Shown piece after piece: positions 30,062-41,603 of a stretch of 64,000 nucleotides of DNA. Below the pieces are notes generated by a model. That model did no database searches and was not told the origin of the DNA. It worked only from the letters and a program-made list of their open reading frames with translations. Position 1 is the first letter of the stretch. Every line of letters starts with the position of its first letter. The DNA comes from Candidatus Peribacteria bacterium (GTDB lineage Bacteria > Patescibacteriota > Gracilibacteria > UBA1369 > 2-02-FULL-48-14): positions 34,157 through 98,156 of the forward strand of contig CALQZQ010000001.1 of NCBI GenBank assembly GCA_943349825.1. The letters run 5' to 3'. Both the position numbers and the translations under genes were made by a program.

Positions 30062-31664
30062 TGTCTGGAGTCACTCCTACGCCGTTGATGGAAGTGCCGT
30101 GAGAAGAAAGCCAGTGTGCGATGGTGATTTTGAGTTCGGAACCGTCCCAATACTGGGTGAGCGTTTGAGCGCTGCCTTTGCCGTAGGTTTGAGTACCGAT
30201 CACCGTGGCGCCTGCGACTTCTTTCAGGTCTTGAGTCATGATTTCCGAGGCGGAAGCTGTGGTCTCGTTTACTAAAACATAGAGGGGCACCCCTACGAAT
30301 ATTCCGTCTGAGGAGTTCGTGATCGATTCTGTGAAATCTCCATAATCCAGAGTGACTAGATTGGTGAGGTAGGGCACGTAGTCGCCTGTAATTTGGGCAG
30401 CGGAATTGATGTAGCCACCTCCGTTGCTGCGCAGATCAATGACGATGGCTTTGGGACTAGGCACTTTAGTCCTTAGGGTCTCGACGGTGCTTAGGTAGTC
30501 GCCCACGGTGCTGCTGCCGAAAATATCGATGTCGATGTACCAACTGTTTTTATCGAAGATTTCTCCGGTCACGGTGGTGATTTGGACGGCTGCGCGGGTG
30601 AGGGTGAAGTTCATGCTGGCTCCGTCGCGTTCAATGGTGATGGTCACTTTAGTTCCAGAAGCTCCTTTGATGCGATTGATGAGCTCTTCTAGGGTCATGG
30701 CTTCGGTGCTCACGCCATCCACTTCTAGGATGAGGTCGCCTTCGTGGAGTCCGGAGAGGGCGGCTGGAGAATTGGGGATGAAGCCGCCGAAGGAAAATGC
30801 TCCGGTGATTTCGTCTTGGTTCAAGTAGGCGCCGATGCCTTCGAAGTTGCCACTGAGGGTGTTCGAAAACTCATTGCTTTGGTCGGGAGTGAAATAGACG
30901 GTAAAGGGGTCGCCCAAACTATCCAGCATGCCTTTGATGGCCGCGTTGAAGAGCGCGTCGGGATCGATTTCTTGGTCACTGGGAAGGTAGTAATTGCTCA
31001 TGATTTGAGCCCAAATATTCGCGAAAATATCGGATTTGTAGAAATCGCTGGCGGCGACTTCTTGCTTGTAAATCTGCCATTTTTCGAAGTCTAAAATTAG
31101 GTTTGCAAAGTCTCCACGAGTGATTTTTTTGAAGGGGTCGAGGGCAGTTTCCGGATCAGCAATCAAAATGCCTTCGTTCACCAAACGAGCGATCACTGAA
31201 TAGTAGGGGTGTACGCTGGGCACGTCGGAAAAAAGCGTTGTGCGGTTGCTCCATGGGATAATGCCTCCAGCCACGCCATAAGCAGTGAGCAGTTTTTTCA
31301 TCGCGTCGATTTTATTGAGCTTTTGAGTGGGGCCAAAGGTGTTTTCTTCTTCGAGTCCGTTGTTTTGTGCCAGGTGGGCGTAAGGGGCAAACCAGGCATC
31401 GGTGGGGACGTCTGCAAAAGTGGTTTTTCCACTGGGGACTTCGTCTTGGAAGACTTTGAATAGAATTTTGTAAAATTCAGCCTTTGTCAGGTTCGCTGTA
31501 GGACGGAAAAGGTCGCTGTCGTCCAGGGCGCCGACTAGTTCTAAGTAATCTACACCTTCCTTGTAAGGGGAGTCGTCGGGCACATCCGTATAAGAGGCCT
31601 TGGCCAGGGAAGAGCTCCAAAAAAAGCCCAAAAGGACGGCCAGAAGGATGAGTTGTTTTTTCAT
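29985..31664 (-). CDS. S41 carboxy-terminal protease with N-terminal SLH domains and PDZ
   Basis: Signal peptide; YTDVP/FADVP SLH repeats; DPFTVY, GIGA, DLRSNGGG, ASASEI, GTQTYGKG. Confidence 0.9.
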   Translation of the reverse strand: MKKQLILLAVLLGFFWSSSLAKASYTDVPDDSPYKEGVDYLELVGALDDSDLFRPTANLTKAEFYKILFKVFQDEVPSGKTTFADVPTDAWFAPYAHLAQNNGLEEENTFGPTQKLNKIDAMKKLLTAYGVAGGIIPWSNRTTLFSDVPSVHPYYSVIARLVNEGILIADPETALDPFKKITRGDFANLILDFEKWQIYKQEVAASDFYKSDIFANIWAQIMSNYYLPSDQEIDPDALFNAAIKGMLDSLGDPFTVYFTPDQSNEFSNTLSGNFEGIGAYLNQDEITGAFSFGGFIPNSPAALSGLHEGDLILEVDGVSTEAMTLEELINRIKGASGTKVTITIERDGASMNFTLTRAAVQITTVTGEIFDKNSWYIDIDIFGSSTVGDYLSTVETLRTKVPSPKAIVIDLRSNGGGYINSAAQITGDYVPYLTNLVTLDYGDFTESITNSSDGIFVGVPLYVLVNETTASASEIMTQDLKEVAGATVIGTQTYGKGSAQTLTQYWDGSELKITIAHWLSSHGTSINGVGVTPDITIQSDAEAGVDPWLQAAEKAIDKL

Positions 31665-31751
31665 AGGTGGGGGTTGGCGCAAAAATACCACGCTCTCCTC
31701 TTTTAAAAAAGCGCAAAATCTGGTATAATTTAGAGATTTAAAACAGAAGAA

Positions 31752-34010
31752 ATGAGAAAAGGGCTTATCCTCAATGGGCTGGTACTCGCTCTGCTGGCTG
31801 CGGGAGTGGCAGGATTTTCCTTTGTGGCCTTTCCGGCCCAAGGAATATCCACGACTCAAGGGTGGCAAATGGATGGGGAAATGGTTTTTGACCAAAATCT
31901 CCAGACCACAACGGACAGTGCGGCTCGGCTCAATGGCCGTGACAGCGTGACCTTACTGGGCAACAGTGAAGGAAGTGTCCACTACGAGGAAAGCACTCAA
32001 ACGGTGACTGTGAACTTGGTCAGTGGGGGAGTGATTTTCTCCACTCTTGCCGATGATTTCCAGGTCAGCATCGTGACTCCTTTTGCTCGCGTGAGTTCTC
32101 AGCACAGCACCGCGGTGGTGGCCTTGAGTGAAGATTCTAAGGCCCTCACGGTTTATGCCGTCACGCATCCTAGTTTAGTGACCTTCACCACTGCTTCCGG
32201 TGACTTGAACGCTTTGAGTGTGCCCAGTAATTATCGAATGAAGATTCCCGCTTCCAAGGTCACTGACCTTTTGGGAAAGTTGCGTTTGACCAAATTGACC
32301 AAAGAATTCCCTGTTTTTGCTCTCATGGATGGCGACTTGAGCGCAGCGATGACGACTGTTTTGACTGCGGTTCAAAAGGCTTATGACGACAGTTCTGTGG
32401 CTTTCTTGAATGAAGTTCAGGAAGAAAGCGATTTTGGCCCCGCTTTGTCCGGGATTGGAGGAACGGTTTACGACAGTTATCGCTCTTTCCGCAATGCCCT
32501 GACGGTACTGCCGACCGCTCAAACGCATTTGGAGGAGATTCGTAAAGAAGACGCCCTGATTTTCGCCATGACCAACTATTTGTATGGAGATGCCAGTACG
32601 GCTCAGCTTTGGCTGACCGAGTGGAGTGCAGCCACCCAAGATGCCGCGGAGGTCCAAAAACTCTATTCTTCGCTGTTCTTTGTGCTTCCGGGGGACCAGC
32701 TTTACCCTGTGAAAGCTGCTGCTGCGACTATTTTGTACCCGCAGGAAGATCCTCTTACGGCTCTGCGTCGCCAATATGGGCAGATTGAAAGTCTGCTCGA
32801 TCGAGCTTCGCAAGTGGAAGCGCAACAGGCTTATTTGGATTATCAAACTCAGTTTGAAATGGCCTTGGAAGCTGGGTCCTTCGACGATGCTTCCACCCTT
32901 TCCGATGTCAGTAGAGAGTACACTTTGTTGGAACTGATGCTCCGCAGCAATGCGGTGTTTTACAACGTGAATTCGACCCAGCTCCTCAGTGATCTGGAGG
33001 AGAAGATTTTGGCTTTGGCTGGATCCAGCCAGGATTTGGATGAGGAGCGCCAGGCTTTTGTACAAAGCAAACTGCGCTTCCTCGACAATCTGTTCACTTT
33101 CGTAGAAGAAAAGAAGGTGAGCGTCTCTGATGCCACCGACTTGGCCAACGAGCTCATTTTTGAGGCCAATGTTTACATGGGCAGCATTACTATTCAAGTG
33201 GCGGTGACCGACTACTTTAAGACTCAACTTCAAGAAGACGAACTGTCTGTGGGCTTCATGAATTCTCCGGAATTTTATAGCTATGCTTCGTTTGAAGAAG
33301 GTTTGGTGGCTTACAAAGCCAAGCAAGCCGACTTGGTGGAACTCAACGCTTATATCCAAAACATTCGTGCCGGAGAAACGGAAGTGGCTTCGCTCTCTGC
33401 GGAGGAAGCGCAACTTGCGGTGGAAGTGGACATGAACACGCACGGTATTCAGTTCAGTAGCGTGGTTTCCTTAGGCGACACGGCGAACCGTTTGTTCGAG
33501 ATCAAAGGGGCACGTACGGGCGGCTATGCTTTTGAAACAAAATACGACCGTGAAACCCAAATTTTGTACGATGTTTCTGTGGCGGATCTGCGCTTTTCTA
33601 CCGGACTCAACTTGGCGGACGCCAATACTGTTATAAAGGAAGCCATGGCGAGCCAAGATATCCCTGAAGAGACCGACTCCGGTGAAACCGAAACCGATGC
33701 GGCTAGCAGCGCTTCGCTGACTGAAACGGTGGCTTTGAACTTGGTGAAATCTCAGTTTGAAGCCGCGGACTTGGATCCCGATGACTTTGTGTTCACCGTT
33801 GTGGACACTGCCGACAATACCTTCACGTTTGAAGGAACTCTGACCGTGGCCAACTTGCCCGTTTCCGGTTCTTACGATGCTGATACTAAGAAGGTCACTG
33901 AAATCGTGTGGCAGTTTTCCAGCACTCTACAGACTTTGCCCGACACGGATTTAACCAACTTCGAAGCCGCTCTGTTGGCGACTTACGAGGCTTTGGCCAG
34001 TGCGCAATAG
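31752..34010 (+). CDS. Large acidic exported protein with a possible FecR-like N-terminal beta domain
   Basis: Signal/TM segment, then LVSGGVIF..SIVTPFARV pattern; helical acidic remainder. Confidence 0.55.
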   Translation: MRKGLILNGLVLALLAAGVAGFSFVAFPAQGISTTQGWQMDGEMVFDQNLQTTTDSAARLNGRDSVTLLGNSEGSVHYEESTQTVTVNLVSGGVIFSTLADDFQVSIVTPFARVSSQHSTAVVALSEDSKALTVYAVTHPSLVTFTTASGDLNALSVPSNYRMKIPASKVTDLLGKLRLTKLTKEFPVFALMDGDLSAAMTTVLTAVQKAYDDSSVAFLNEVQEESDFGPALSGIGGTVYDSYRSFRNALTVLPTAQTHLEEIRKEDALIFAMTNYLYGDASTAQLWLTEWSAATQDAAEVQKLYSSLFFVLPGDQLYPVKAAAATILYPQEDPLTALRRQYGQIESLLDRASQVEAQQAYLDYQTQFEMALEAGSFDDASTLSDVSREYTLLELMLRSNAVFYNVNSTQLLSDLEEKILALAGSSQDLDEERQAFVQSKLRFLDNLFTFVEEKKVSVSDATDLANELIFEANVYMGSITIQVAVTDYFKTQLQEDELSVGFMNSPEFYSYASFEEGLVAYKAKQADLVELNAYIQNIRAGETEVASLSAEEAQLAVEVDMNTHGIQFSSVVSLGDTANRLFEIKGARTGGYAFETKYDRETQILYDVSVADLRFSTGLNLADANTVIKEAMASQDIPEETDSGETETDAASSASLTETVALNLVKSQFEAADLDPDDFVFTVVDTADNTFTFEGTLTVANLPVSGSYDADTKKVTEIVWQFSSTLQTLPDTDLTNFEAALLATYEALASAQ

Positions 34011-34053
34011 GAGTGGCGTAAAACAGCATGACAGCCTCGCGGGTCGGTGCTAA

Positions 34054-35982
<1,929 letters not shown>

Positions 35983-36060
35983 GGTTCAACTGAGCGAACT
36001 TGACTTTCAATTAGTTTGGTTTTATAATGAGCTTCTCTTTTTCATTTTACTCCAAAATCT

Positions 36061-36744
36061 ATGCGTCTCTCTGAAGGATTACTCCTCGTTGGTCTAACTG
36101 CTGGTTGCAAGCCTGGTAGTGTTGAGCTTGAGGCAAGGCTGGGGTCGCCTTATGAGGCTCCTGATTCTGAGGATACTGATGACACCGCTGGAGATACGGA
36201 CACCAACGTCGATTCTGGCATGGACAGCGGAACGGATACTGCTACAGATACTGCAGAACCTTGTGATACCGCTACGGAAGATCCTACCCGAGAAATTCTG
36301 ACGACCACGGTGGATCGTTGTGAAGACCTTCTGGATGAAACCTATCGCGTGAATGCTGCTGAATTTGTGGTTCGAAACAATGCTGAAGAACCTTCTATGA
36401 ATTCTTCTTACCAGGTCAGCGATGTATTCAGAGCTTCTTTGAACCCTGACTATCCTTCTGCAGAGTACGAATCTTTGATCGCTTGTGCTCGACTCACTCC
36501 AGTGGACCGTTCTCACCCTGTTCAAACTTTGGGAGCCACTACTGTTCAAAATTTGAACACTCGTATGCTCGATGTCGAACTGGAAGGCATGGATGTTGAA
36601 ACCGGTTCTTTGAACGTCTGGATCGGGACTCAAGATACTGAAGCTGCTTTCACCGGGTTCACCACTCCTTCTGAGGAAGACGACAGTACGGCGCGTGCCT
36701 ATACCGTTTTCTGGGATGGGGCTCGCTACACGGTGACTCGCTAA
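36061..36744 (+). CDS. Putative lipoprotein with an Asp/Thr-rich linker
   Basis: LTAGC lipobox-like motif; DTDDTAGDTDT..DSGTDTATDT tract. Confidence 0.55.
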   Translation: MRLSEGLLLVGLTAGCKPGSVELEARLGSPYEAPDSEDTDDTAGDTDTNVDSGMDSGTDTATDTAEPCDTATEDPTREILTTTVDRCEDLLDETYRVNAAEFVVRNNAEEPSMNSSYQVSDVFRASLNPDYPSAEYESLIACARLTPVDRSHPVQTLGATTVQNLNTRMLDVELEGMDVETGSLNVWIGTQDTEAAFTGFTTPSEEDDSTARAYTVFWDGARYTVTR

Positions 36745-36803
36745 ATTTCGCCCTTAGATTTCCTTGAAATCCCCCTGATTTTCAGGTATAATAATGAGAT
36801 TTA

Positions 36804-37073
36804 ATGAATCTCATGATTGAGCTCGGAAACTTCAAAGATCTTCAGACTTTAGTGGGAATGCTCAACTCTGCGTGGAAGCAGTGGGAATACCGTTTGGAGC
36901 CCGTAGCCGGCGAAGACGGCGTATTTCTATTTGTGGAAGATCCGGTGAAGGAAGATGAATACGAATGTGGTGTGATCACAAAAAAAGGGAAGAAGGCTTA
37001 TGCACTTTCCCAAGACGTTTATGAGCTCGTGATGGGCGCGTATTTGCGCTACAAAGACCAGTTTGGAAAATAG
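36804..37073 (+). CDS. Small hypothetical protein
   Basis: 89-aa ORF with TTGAAA..TATAAT promoter. Confidence 0.6.
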   Translation: MNLMIELGNFKDLQTLVGMLNSAWKQWEYRLEPVAGEDGVFLFVEDPVKEDEYECGVITKKGKKAYALSQDVYELVMGAYLRYKDQFGK

Positions 37074-37379
37074 CGTGAATCTTGAAACCCCAAAACATAA
37101 GAATAGAAGTTCGTGCACCTTTTGTTCAGCATGGAGCGCTCTGAAAAAGTTCATGAACTTTTTCTCTGCTTCCTTTCATGGTTAATGCTTCTCACACGGT
37201 GCACGAACTCCTCTCTGTTGTGGAGTTTCAAACGCTCTTTCCGCCGTTTGGTACACACTGGTTTCTGAAACATAAACCTTAAGGAAGAAGGTAGGCGGAT
37301 CATGCATCCGAGTACCTTCGCTCCTGGCTTCAGAAACCAGTGTGTACCTTAGAGCGAAATGAGGGTTTCAAGATTCACG
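37074..37379. repeat. Two-arm palindromic element (family 1), MITE-like or structured RNA
   Basis: 17-bp terminal IR 37074-37090/37363-37379; arm 1 IR 37108-37119/37198-37209; arm 2 20-bp IR 37250-37269/37329-37348. Confidence 0.85.
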
Positions 37380-37446
37380 TAAAAATAAGGTTGACTAAGG
37401 GGCATGGCCTCTCTTATACTCCACTTCGCTTAAGTGACTTTTTTAT

Positions 37447-37668
37447 ATGGCTCGACCCGCAAATTTCTGGGCTTCCGCTGATCAGAATGAATCTTCTGAG
37501 AAGCGTGTGGCACGTTTCAAACAATGGTTCAACCGTTCTCGTGTTGGTGATCTCGTGAAAGACCGACGTTACCACAAGAAGGCTTTGACTCCTCGTTTGG
37601 TTCGTATTGGTGCTCTCATGCGTGAAGGTTTCCGTACTGAGAAAGAACGAAATAAGTTCTATCAATGA
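37447..37668 (+). CDS. rpsU: 30S ribosomal protein S21 (divergent)
   Basis: 73 aa, basic; ESSEKRVARFK..RRYHKK matches the bS21 pattern ES.E.ALRRFK..R.YY.K. Confidence 0.7.
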   Translation: MARPANFWASADQNESSEKRVARFKQWFNRSRVGDLVKDRRYHKKALTPRLVRIGALMREGFRTEKERNKFYQ

Positions 37669-38468
37669 CCTTGGGTCAGGTTCTCAATTCTGCACAAAAA
37701 GTACAGCTCCGCACTGAAATGGAGCTGTTTTTGAGTCATCTTTTAGGCTGTACTCGCTTGGATTTGATCGCTCACAGTGAACGCGAAGTCCCGGTGGAGC
37801 ATTTGGCGGCGCTTCAGGCGGGGTGGCTCCGCATTCAAGACGGCGTTCCGGTGGCCTATTTGACACATTCCAAGGAATTTTATGGCCACGATTTTTATGT
37901 GGATGAGCGGGTTTTGGTGCCTCGGCCCTGCACGGAATTGCTGGTGGATTGGGTGGCCGCGGTGGCACAGGCGCGCGTGCTCGAAGTGGGCACTGGAAGC
38001 GGAGCTATAGCCGTTTCTTTGAAGCTCAAAAGGCCTGATTTACAGGTGGTGGCAACGGACGTCAGCCCTGAGGTCTTGGAAGTTGCGAGTAAAAATTGTG
38101 TTCAACTGGGCGCGGAAGTGGAATTGCTGGAATCCGATTTGTTGAAAGATCTGCCTCAGGGCGATTTTGATACGCTCGTGACCAACCTTCCTTACATTGG
38201 CACGGCTTCGCACGATGCCATCGCTGAAAATGTACAAAAACACGAGCCGGGTTTGGCTCTTTTTGGGGGAGAAAATGGACTTCAGCTCTATGGGCGACTT
38301 TTTCAGCAAGTTCAGGGCTGGTCTTTCCGCTTCATTTTGGGAGAGATTGGCTTCTCTCAGGCGCAGGACTTAAAAGCCTTGGCGGAGCGGCTTTTGCCAG
38401 GTTGGAAACTCACGCTGCGCCAGGATTTAGAAGGCCTTGATCGGCATTTTCTCCTGGAAAGGAACTGA
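37665..38468 (+). CDS. prmC: Release factor glutamine methyltransferase
   Basis: PVAYL..EFYG..VLVPRP.TE, EVGTGSGAIA, NLPYI; next to prfA. Confidence 0.92.
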   Translation: MTLGQVLNSAQKVQLRTEMELFLSHLLGCTRLDLIAHSEREVPVEHLAALQAGWLRIQDGVPVAYLTHSKEFYGHDFYVDERVLVPRPCTELLVDWVAAVAQARVLEVGTGSGAIAVSLKLKRPDLQVVATDVSPEVLEVASKNCVQLGAEVELLESDLLKDLPQGDFDTLVTNLPYIGTASHDAIAENVQKHEPGLALFGGENGLQLYGRLFQQVQGWSFRFILGEIGFSQAQDLKALAERLLPGWKLTLRQDLEGLDRHFLLERN

Positions 38469-38492
38469 TTTTTCTGATAAAACGAGCCTACT

Positions 38493-39557
38493 ATGCGTGA
38501 GAAATTAAAACAGATCGCCGACGAATACGCTGCTTTGGAAATCCAAATGGGGGATTCGGCCGTGATTGCGAATCAACCGGAATATCAAAAACTCAACCGT
38601 CGCCGCAAAGAATTGGAGCGTACGGTGGAGCTTTATCATGAATTGGTGCGTTTGGATCAGCAGATTACGGACAGCGAGGCGCTGATGAACGATTCCGATG
38701 AAGAAATGCGTGAAATGGCAAGAGAGGAGCTTCAAAATTCGAAGGAAGAATTAGAAAAAGTGGAAGAGGAACTCAAATTGGAATTGGTGCCCAAGGATCC
38801 GATGGATCTGAAAAACTGCATCATGGAAATTCGTGCGGGAACTGGTGGGGACGAAGCGGCTCTTTTTGCCGAAGAACTCTGCCGCATGTACTTGCGTTAT
38901 GTGAAGGACAAGGGCTACCAAACGGAAATGATCAGCCAAAGTGAAGGAGAAAAGGGTTTGAAAGAAGTGATTTTTAAAGTGATTGGGGAGGGGACCTATG
39001 GACGCATGAAGTACGAAAGTGGGGTGCACCGGGTGCAGCGTATTCCCGAAACGGAAGCCAAAGGCCGCGTGCACACGTCGGCGGCTTCGGTGGTGGTGCT
39101 GCCGGAAGTGGACGAATACGAACTGGACATTCGCGATCAAGATTTGCGCATCGACGTGTACCGCTCTGGGGGAAGTGGAGGGCAAAGTGTGAACACCACG
39201 GACAGTGCGGTGCGCATCACGCATTTGCCGTCGGGCTTGGTGGTGACGTGTCAGGACGAACGTTCTCAGCTCAAAAATAAGATCAAAGCCATGGGTGTGC
39301 TGCGTGCACGTTTGTATGCTTTGGAGGAAGAAAAACGTACGAAGGAACTTGGGGAATCGCGACTTTCTCAGATTGGAACGGGCGATCGCAGCGACAAAAT
39401 CCGCACCTACAATTTCCCTCAAGACCGCGTGACCGATCACCGCATCGGTCAAAATTTCAGCAATTTGCCTGGCATTATGGATGGCGACATCGACGATATT
39501 ATCGATGCGTTGCAACTCGACGATCAAACCCAAAAACTTTCTAGAACTGCGGAGTAA
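38493..39557 (+). CDS. prfA: Peptide chain release factor 1
   Basis: [18 protein letters not shown] (PxT), GGQ, RTYNFPQ. Confidence 0.97.
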   Translation: MREKLKQIADEYAALEIQMGDSAVIANQPEYQKLNRRRKELERTVELYHELVRLDQQITDSEALMNDSDEEMREMAREELQNSKEELEKVEEELKLELVPKDPMDLKNCIMEIRAGTGGDEAALFAEELCRMYLRYVKDKGYQTEMISQSEGEKGLKEVIFKVIGEGTYGRMKYESGVHRVQRIPETEAKGRVHTSAASVVVLPEVDEYELDIRDQDLRIDVYRSGGSGGQSVNTTDSAVRITHLPSGLVVTCQDERSQLKNKIKAMGVLRARLYALEEEKRTKELGESRLSQIGTGDRSDKIRTYNFPQDRVTDHRIGQNFSNLPGIMDGDIDDIIDALQLDDQTQKLSRTAE

Positions 39558-39777
39558 AGTTCTGGAAGCCTTGCTGCTCCATGATCTCGGGGAGGTTTTT
39601 CATGGCGTCTTCTACGCCTTGGTAGAGGACGAAACTTCCCCAAATGGTGAGACCGAGGAAAATGAGTGTGGGGAGCATGCCCAGTACCACTCGCGTGATG
39701 CGGTAGTGACGGGTGCGTTTCATTTCTTCTTTTTGCAGTCCGATGAGTTCTTGCAGGAGGGCTTCGGTGGTGGCCAT
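39541..39777 (-). CDS. Small single-TM hypothetical protein
   Basis: 78 aa with a central hydrophobic helix; fills the prfA-tatD gap. Confidence 0.55.
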   Translation of the reverse strand: MATTEALLQELIGLQKEEMKRTRHYRITRVVLGMLPTLIFLGLTIWGSFVLYQGVEDAMKNLPEIMEQQGFQNFTPQF

Positions 39778-39813
39778 GTTGTGCGGTTAGATTTCGCACG
39801 CTATTCTACACCC

Positions 39814-40578
39814 ATGTGGATCGATACGCATTGTCATCCGTTCGTGAATGCCAGCTTGGCTGAGCAGGAAGCGATTTTGGCTCGTGCTCGCGAGGCTGGC
39901 GTTGGGCAAATGATCGTGGTGGGTTTTGATAAGGTGGCGAATAGGGAAGCGGTGCGCATGGCGGAGGCTCACGAAGGGCTTTGGGCTGCGGTAGGCGTGC
40001 ATCCGTGTGAGTGTGCGGCTTGGACCGATGAAGAAGAGGTTTTTATCCGTGAAGCGGCCAAAAATCCCAAGGTGGTGGCACTGGGCGAGATGGGGATGGA
40101 TTTTTACCACAAGGATTTCCCCAAAGACGTGCAGGAAGCCACGTTCCGTCGCCAAATTCGCTTGGCCAATGAGTTGGATTTGCCCTGCATCGTGCATTCG
40201 CGCGAAGCGGCGGAAGACACGCTGCGCATTTTATTGGATGAAGGCGCGAAGCGCGCGGTTTTCCACTGTTACAGCTACGACTATGAGTTTGGAAAGAAAG
40301 TCTGGGCCGCCGGGTATTACACTTCATTCAGCGGGGTTTTAACTTATCCCAATGCCAAGCCCATTCAGGAGGCGGCCGCGAAGGGCCCCTTGGACCTAAT
40401 GCTGATTGAAACGGATTGCCCTTGGCTCGCCCCCCAATCCATCCGCGGCAAACCCAACGAAATGGCCTTTGTGGGGGAAGTGGGCAAGAAGCTGGCGGAA
40501 CTCCGGGGTGTGGACTCAGAGGAGATTCAAGAGATCTGCCTTCGGAATGCAAATCGCTTATTCGTGAAGAATACTTAA
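39814..40578 (+). CDS. tatD: TatD-family DNase
   Basis: IDTHCH, GVHP, GEMGMD, VHSR, FHCY, ETDCPWLAP. Confidence 0.93.
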   Translation: MWIDTHCHPFVNASLAEQEAILARAREAGVGQMIVVGFDKVANREAVRMAEAHEGLWAAVGVHPCECAAWTDEEEVFIREAAKNPKVVALGEMGMDFYHKDFPKDVQEATFRRQIRLANELDLPCIVHSREAAEDTLRILLDEGAKRAVFHCYSYDYEFGKKVWAAGYYTSFSGVLTYPNAKPIQEAAAKGPLDLMLIETDCPWLAPQSIRGKPNEMAFVGEVGKKLAELRGVDSEEIQEICLRNANRLFVKNT

Positions 40579-41553
40579 GCACTCTTCTGCAGATTGAGGG
40601 CGCGCTTCTGGTTCGTCTTCTAAGATGTGGTCCAGCATATTAACGAAGCCTTTTACGTGTTGATTCCCGCTCAATGCCAGCCAGTTAGGGCTTTGCCTAA
40701 TGATCTCCCAGTAGCCTTCTTTTTTAAAGCCTAGGCGTACTCTTTTTGAAAGGAGCTTGGCTAAGGTTCTTCCCGTATCGTCGTAGTCATCCCAGCCACG
40801 TACTTGCAGCGGTTTATCTTTAGCCTGTTGTCCTTGAGGGACACCGCCCAGAATATAGGTTGCACCTATGACGCCTATGCTAAAAAGATCGGAAGTGGCG
40901 TGTATTCTTCCTTCACAAGCTTCCGGAGCTAAAAACCAAGCTTGGCCCAAGGGGCCTTCTCCTTGAAGCTCGTCGATTCTTCCCACGCCGTCTGGATCAA
41001 TAAAAGTGCCCGCAGGCATGGTGTTTCTAAGCGATATATCTCTATGAGCCAGTCCCCGTTTGGCTAAAATATTCCAGTTTTCAATCAAACGTAAAGTGTG
41101 TACCATCCCCCGATCTATGTCGGTAGCGGCATCTGCCTTTTCCTTAAATTGATGAGATAAATCCTTTCCATCTACGTAGCTGTAGAGCACCAGATTGTCT
41201 GCTCCCACTTCTTGACTGACGAATTTTTGAATGGTCCCGTCGGGGATGCTTGCCTCCTCGTGCAGTGTTCTCATCGCTCTATCTAAATCCTGTTTTTCTT
41301 TTTTGCTTAAATCTTTGAATACTTTTAGGGTGAATAATTCTCGAGTTTCCCAATCCATCACTAACCATGCGGTGCCGAAAGCACCTTCACCCATCCTCCC
41401 TAAGATCTTAAGTCGCTTACCTTCGAATTGAATCTCCGAATTCGGCTTGTAGATTCTTCCTTGATATCGAAAATGGTTTCGGGTGTCTCCACGTGCATGA
41501 TCCACATGGGAGTGCTCTACCCCTAAATCTTTGAGATACTTGTCAGCAGGCAT
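40558..41553 (-). CDS. Hanks-type protein kinase with atypical motifs
   Basis: GEGAFG, TLKVF, HRDISLRN, IDPDG, LAPE, SDLFSIG, PEARP. Confidence 0.85.
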   Translation of the reverse strand: MPADKYLKDLGVEHSHVDHARGDTRNHFRYQGRIYKPNSEIQFEGKRLKILGRMGEGAFGTAWLVMDWETRELFTLKVFKDLSKKEKQDLDRAMRTLHEEASIPDGTIQKFVSQEVGADNLVLYSYVDGKDLSHQFKEKADAATDIDRGMVHTLRLIENWNILAKRGLAHRDISLRNTMPAGTFIDPDGVGRIDELQGEGPLGQAWFLAPEACEGRIHATSDLFSIGVIGATYILGGVPQGQQAKDKPLQVRGWDDYDDTGRTLAKLLSKRVRLGFKKEGYWEIIRQSPNWLALSGNQHVKGFVNMLDHILEDEPEARPQSAEECLSILHE

Positions 41554-41603
41554 GTATATATTATATAATATATACCGTCTTTGTCAATAACGCTCACATT
41601 CAT

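Noticed and set aside
37074-37379. CRISPR array, integron attC sites, tmRNA or RNase P RNA
   Set aside because: No regularly spaced direct repeats, cas or intI genes, no matched RYYYAAC/GTTRRRY ends, and no tmRNA or RNase P consensus blocks recognised
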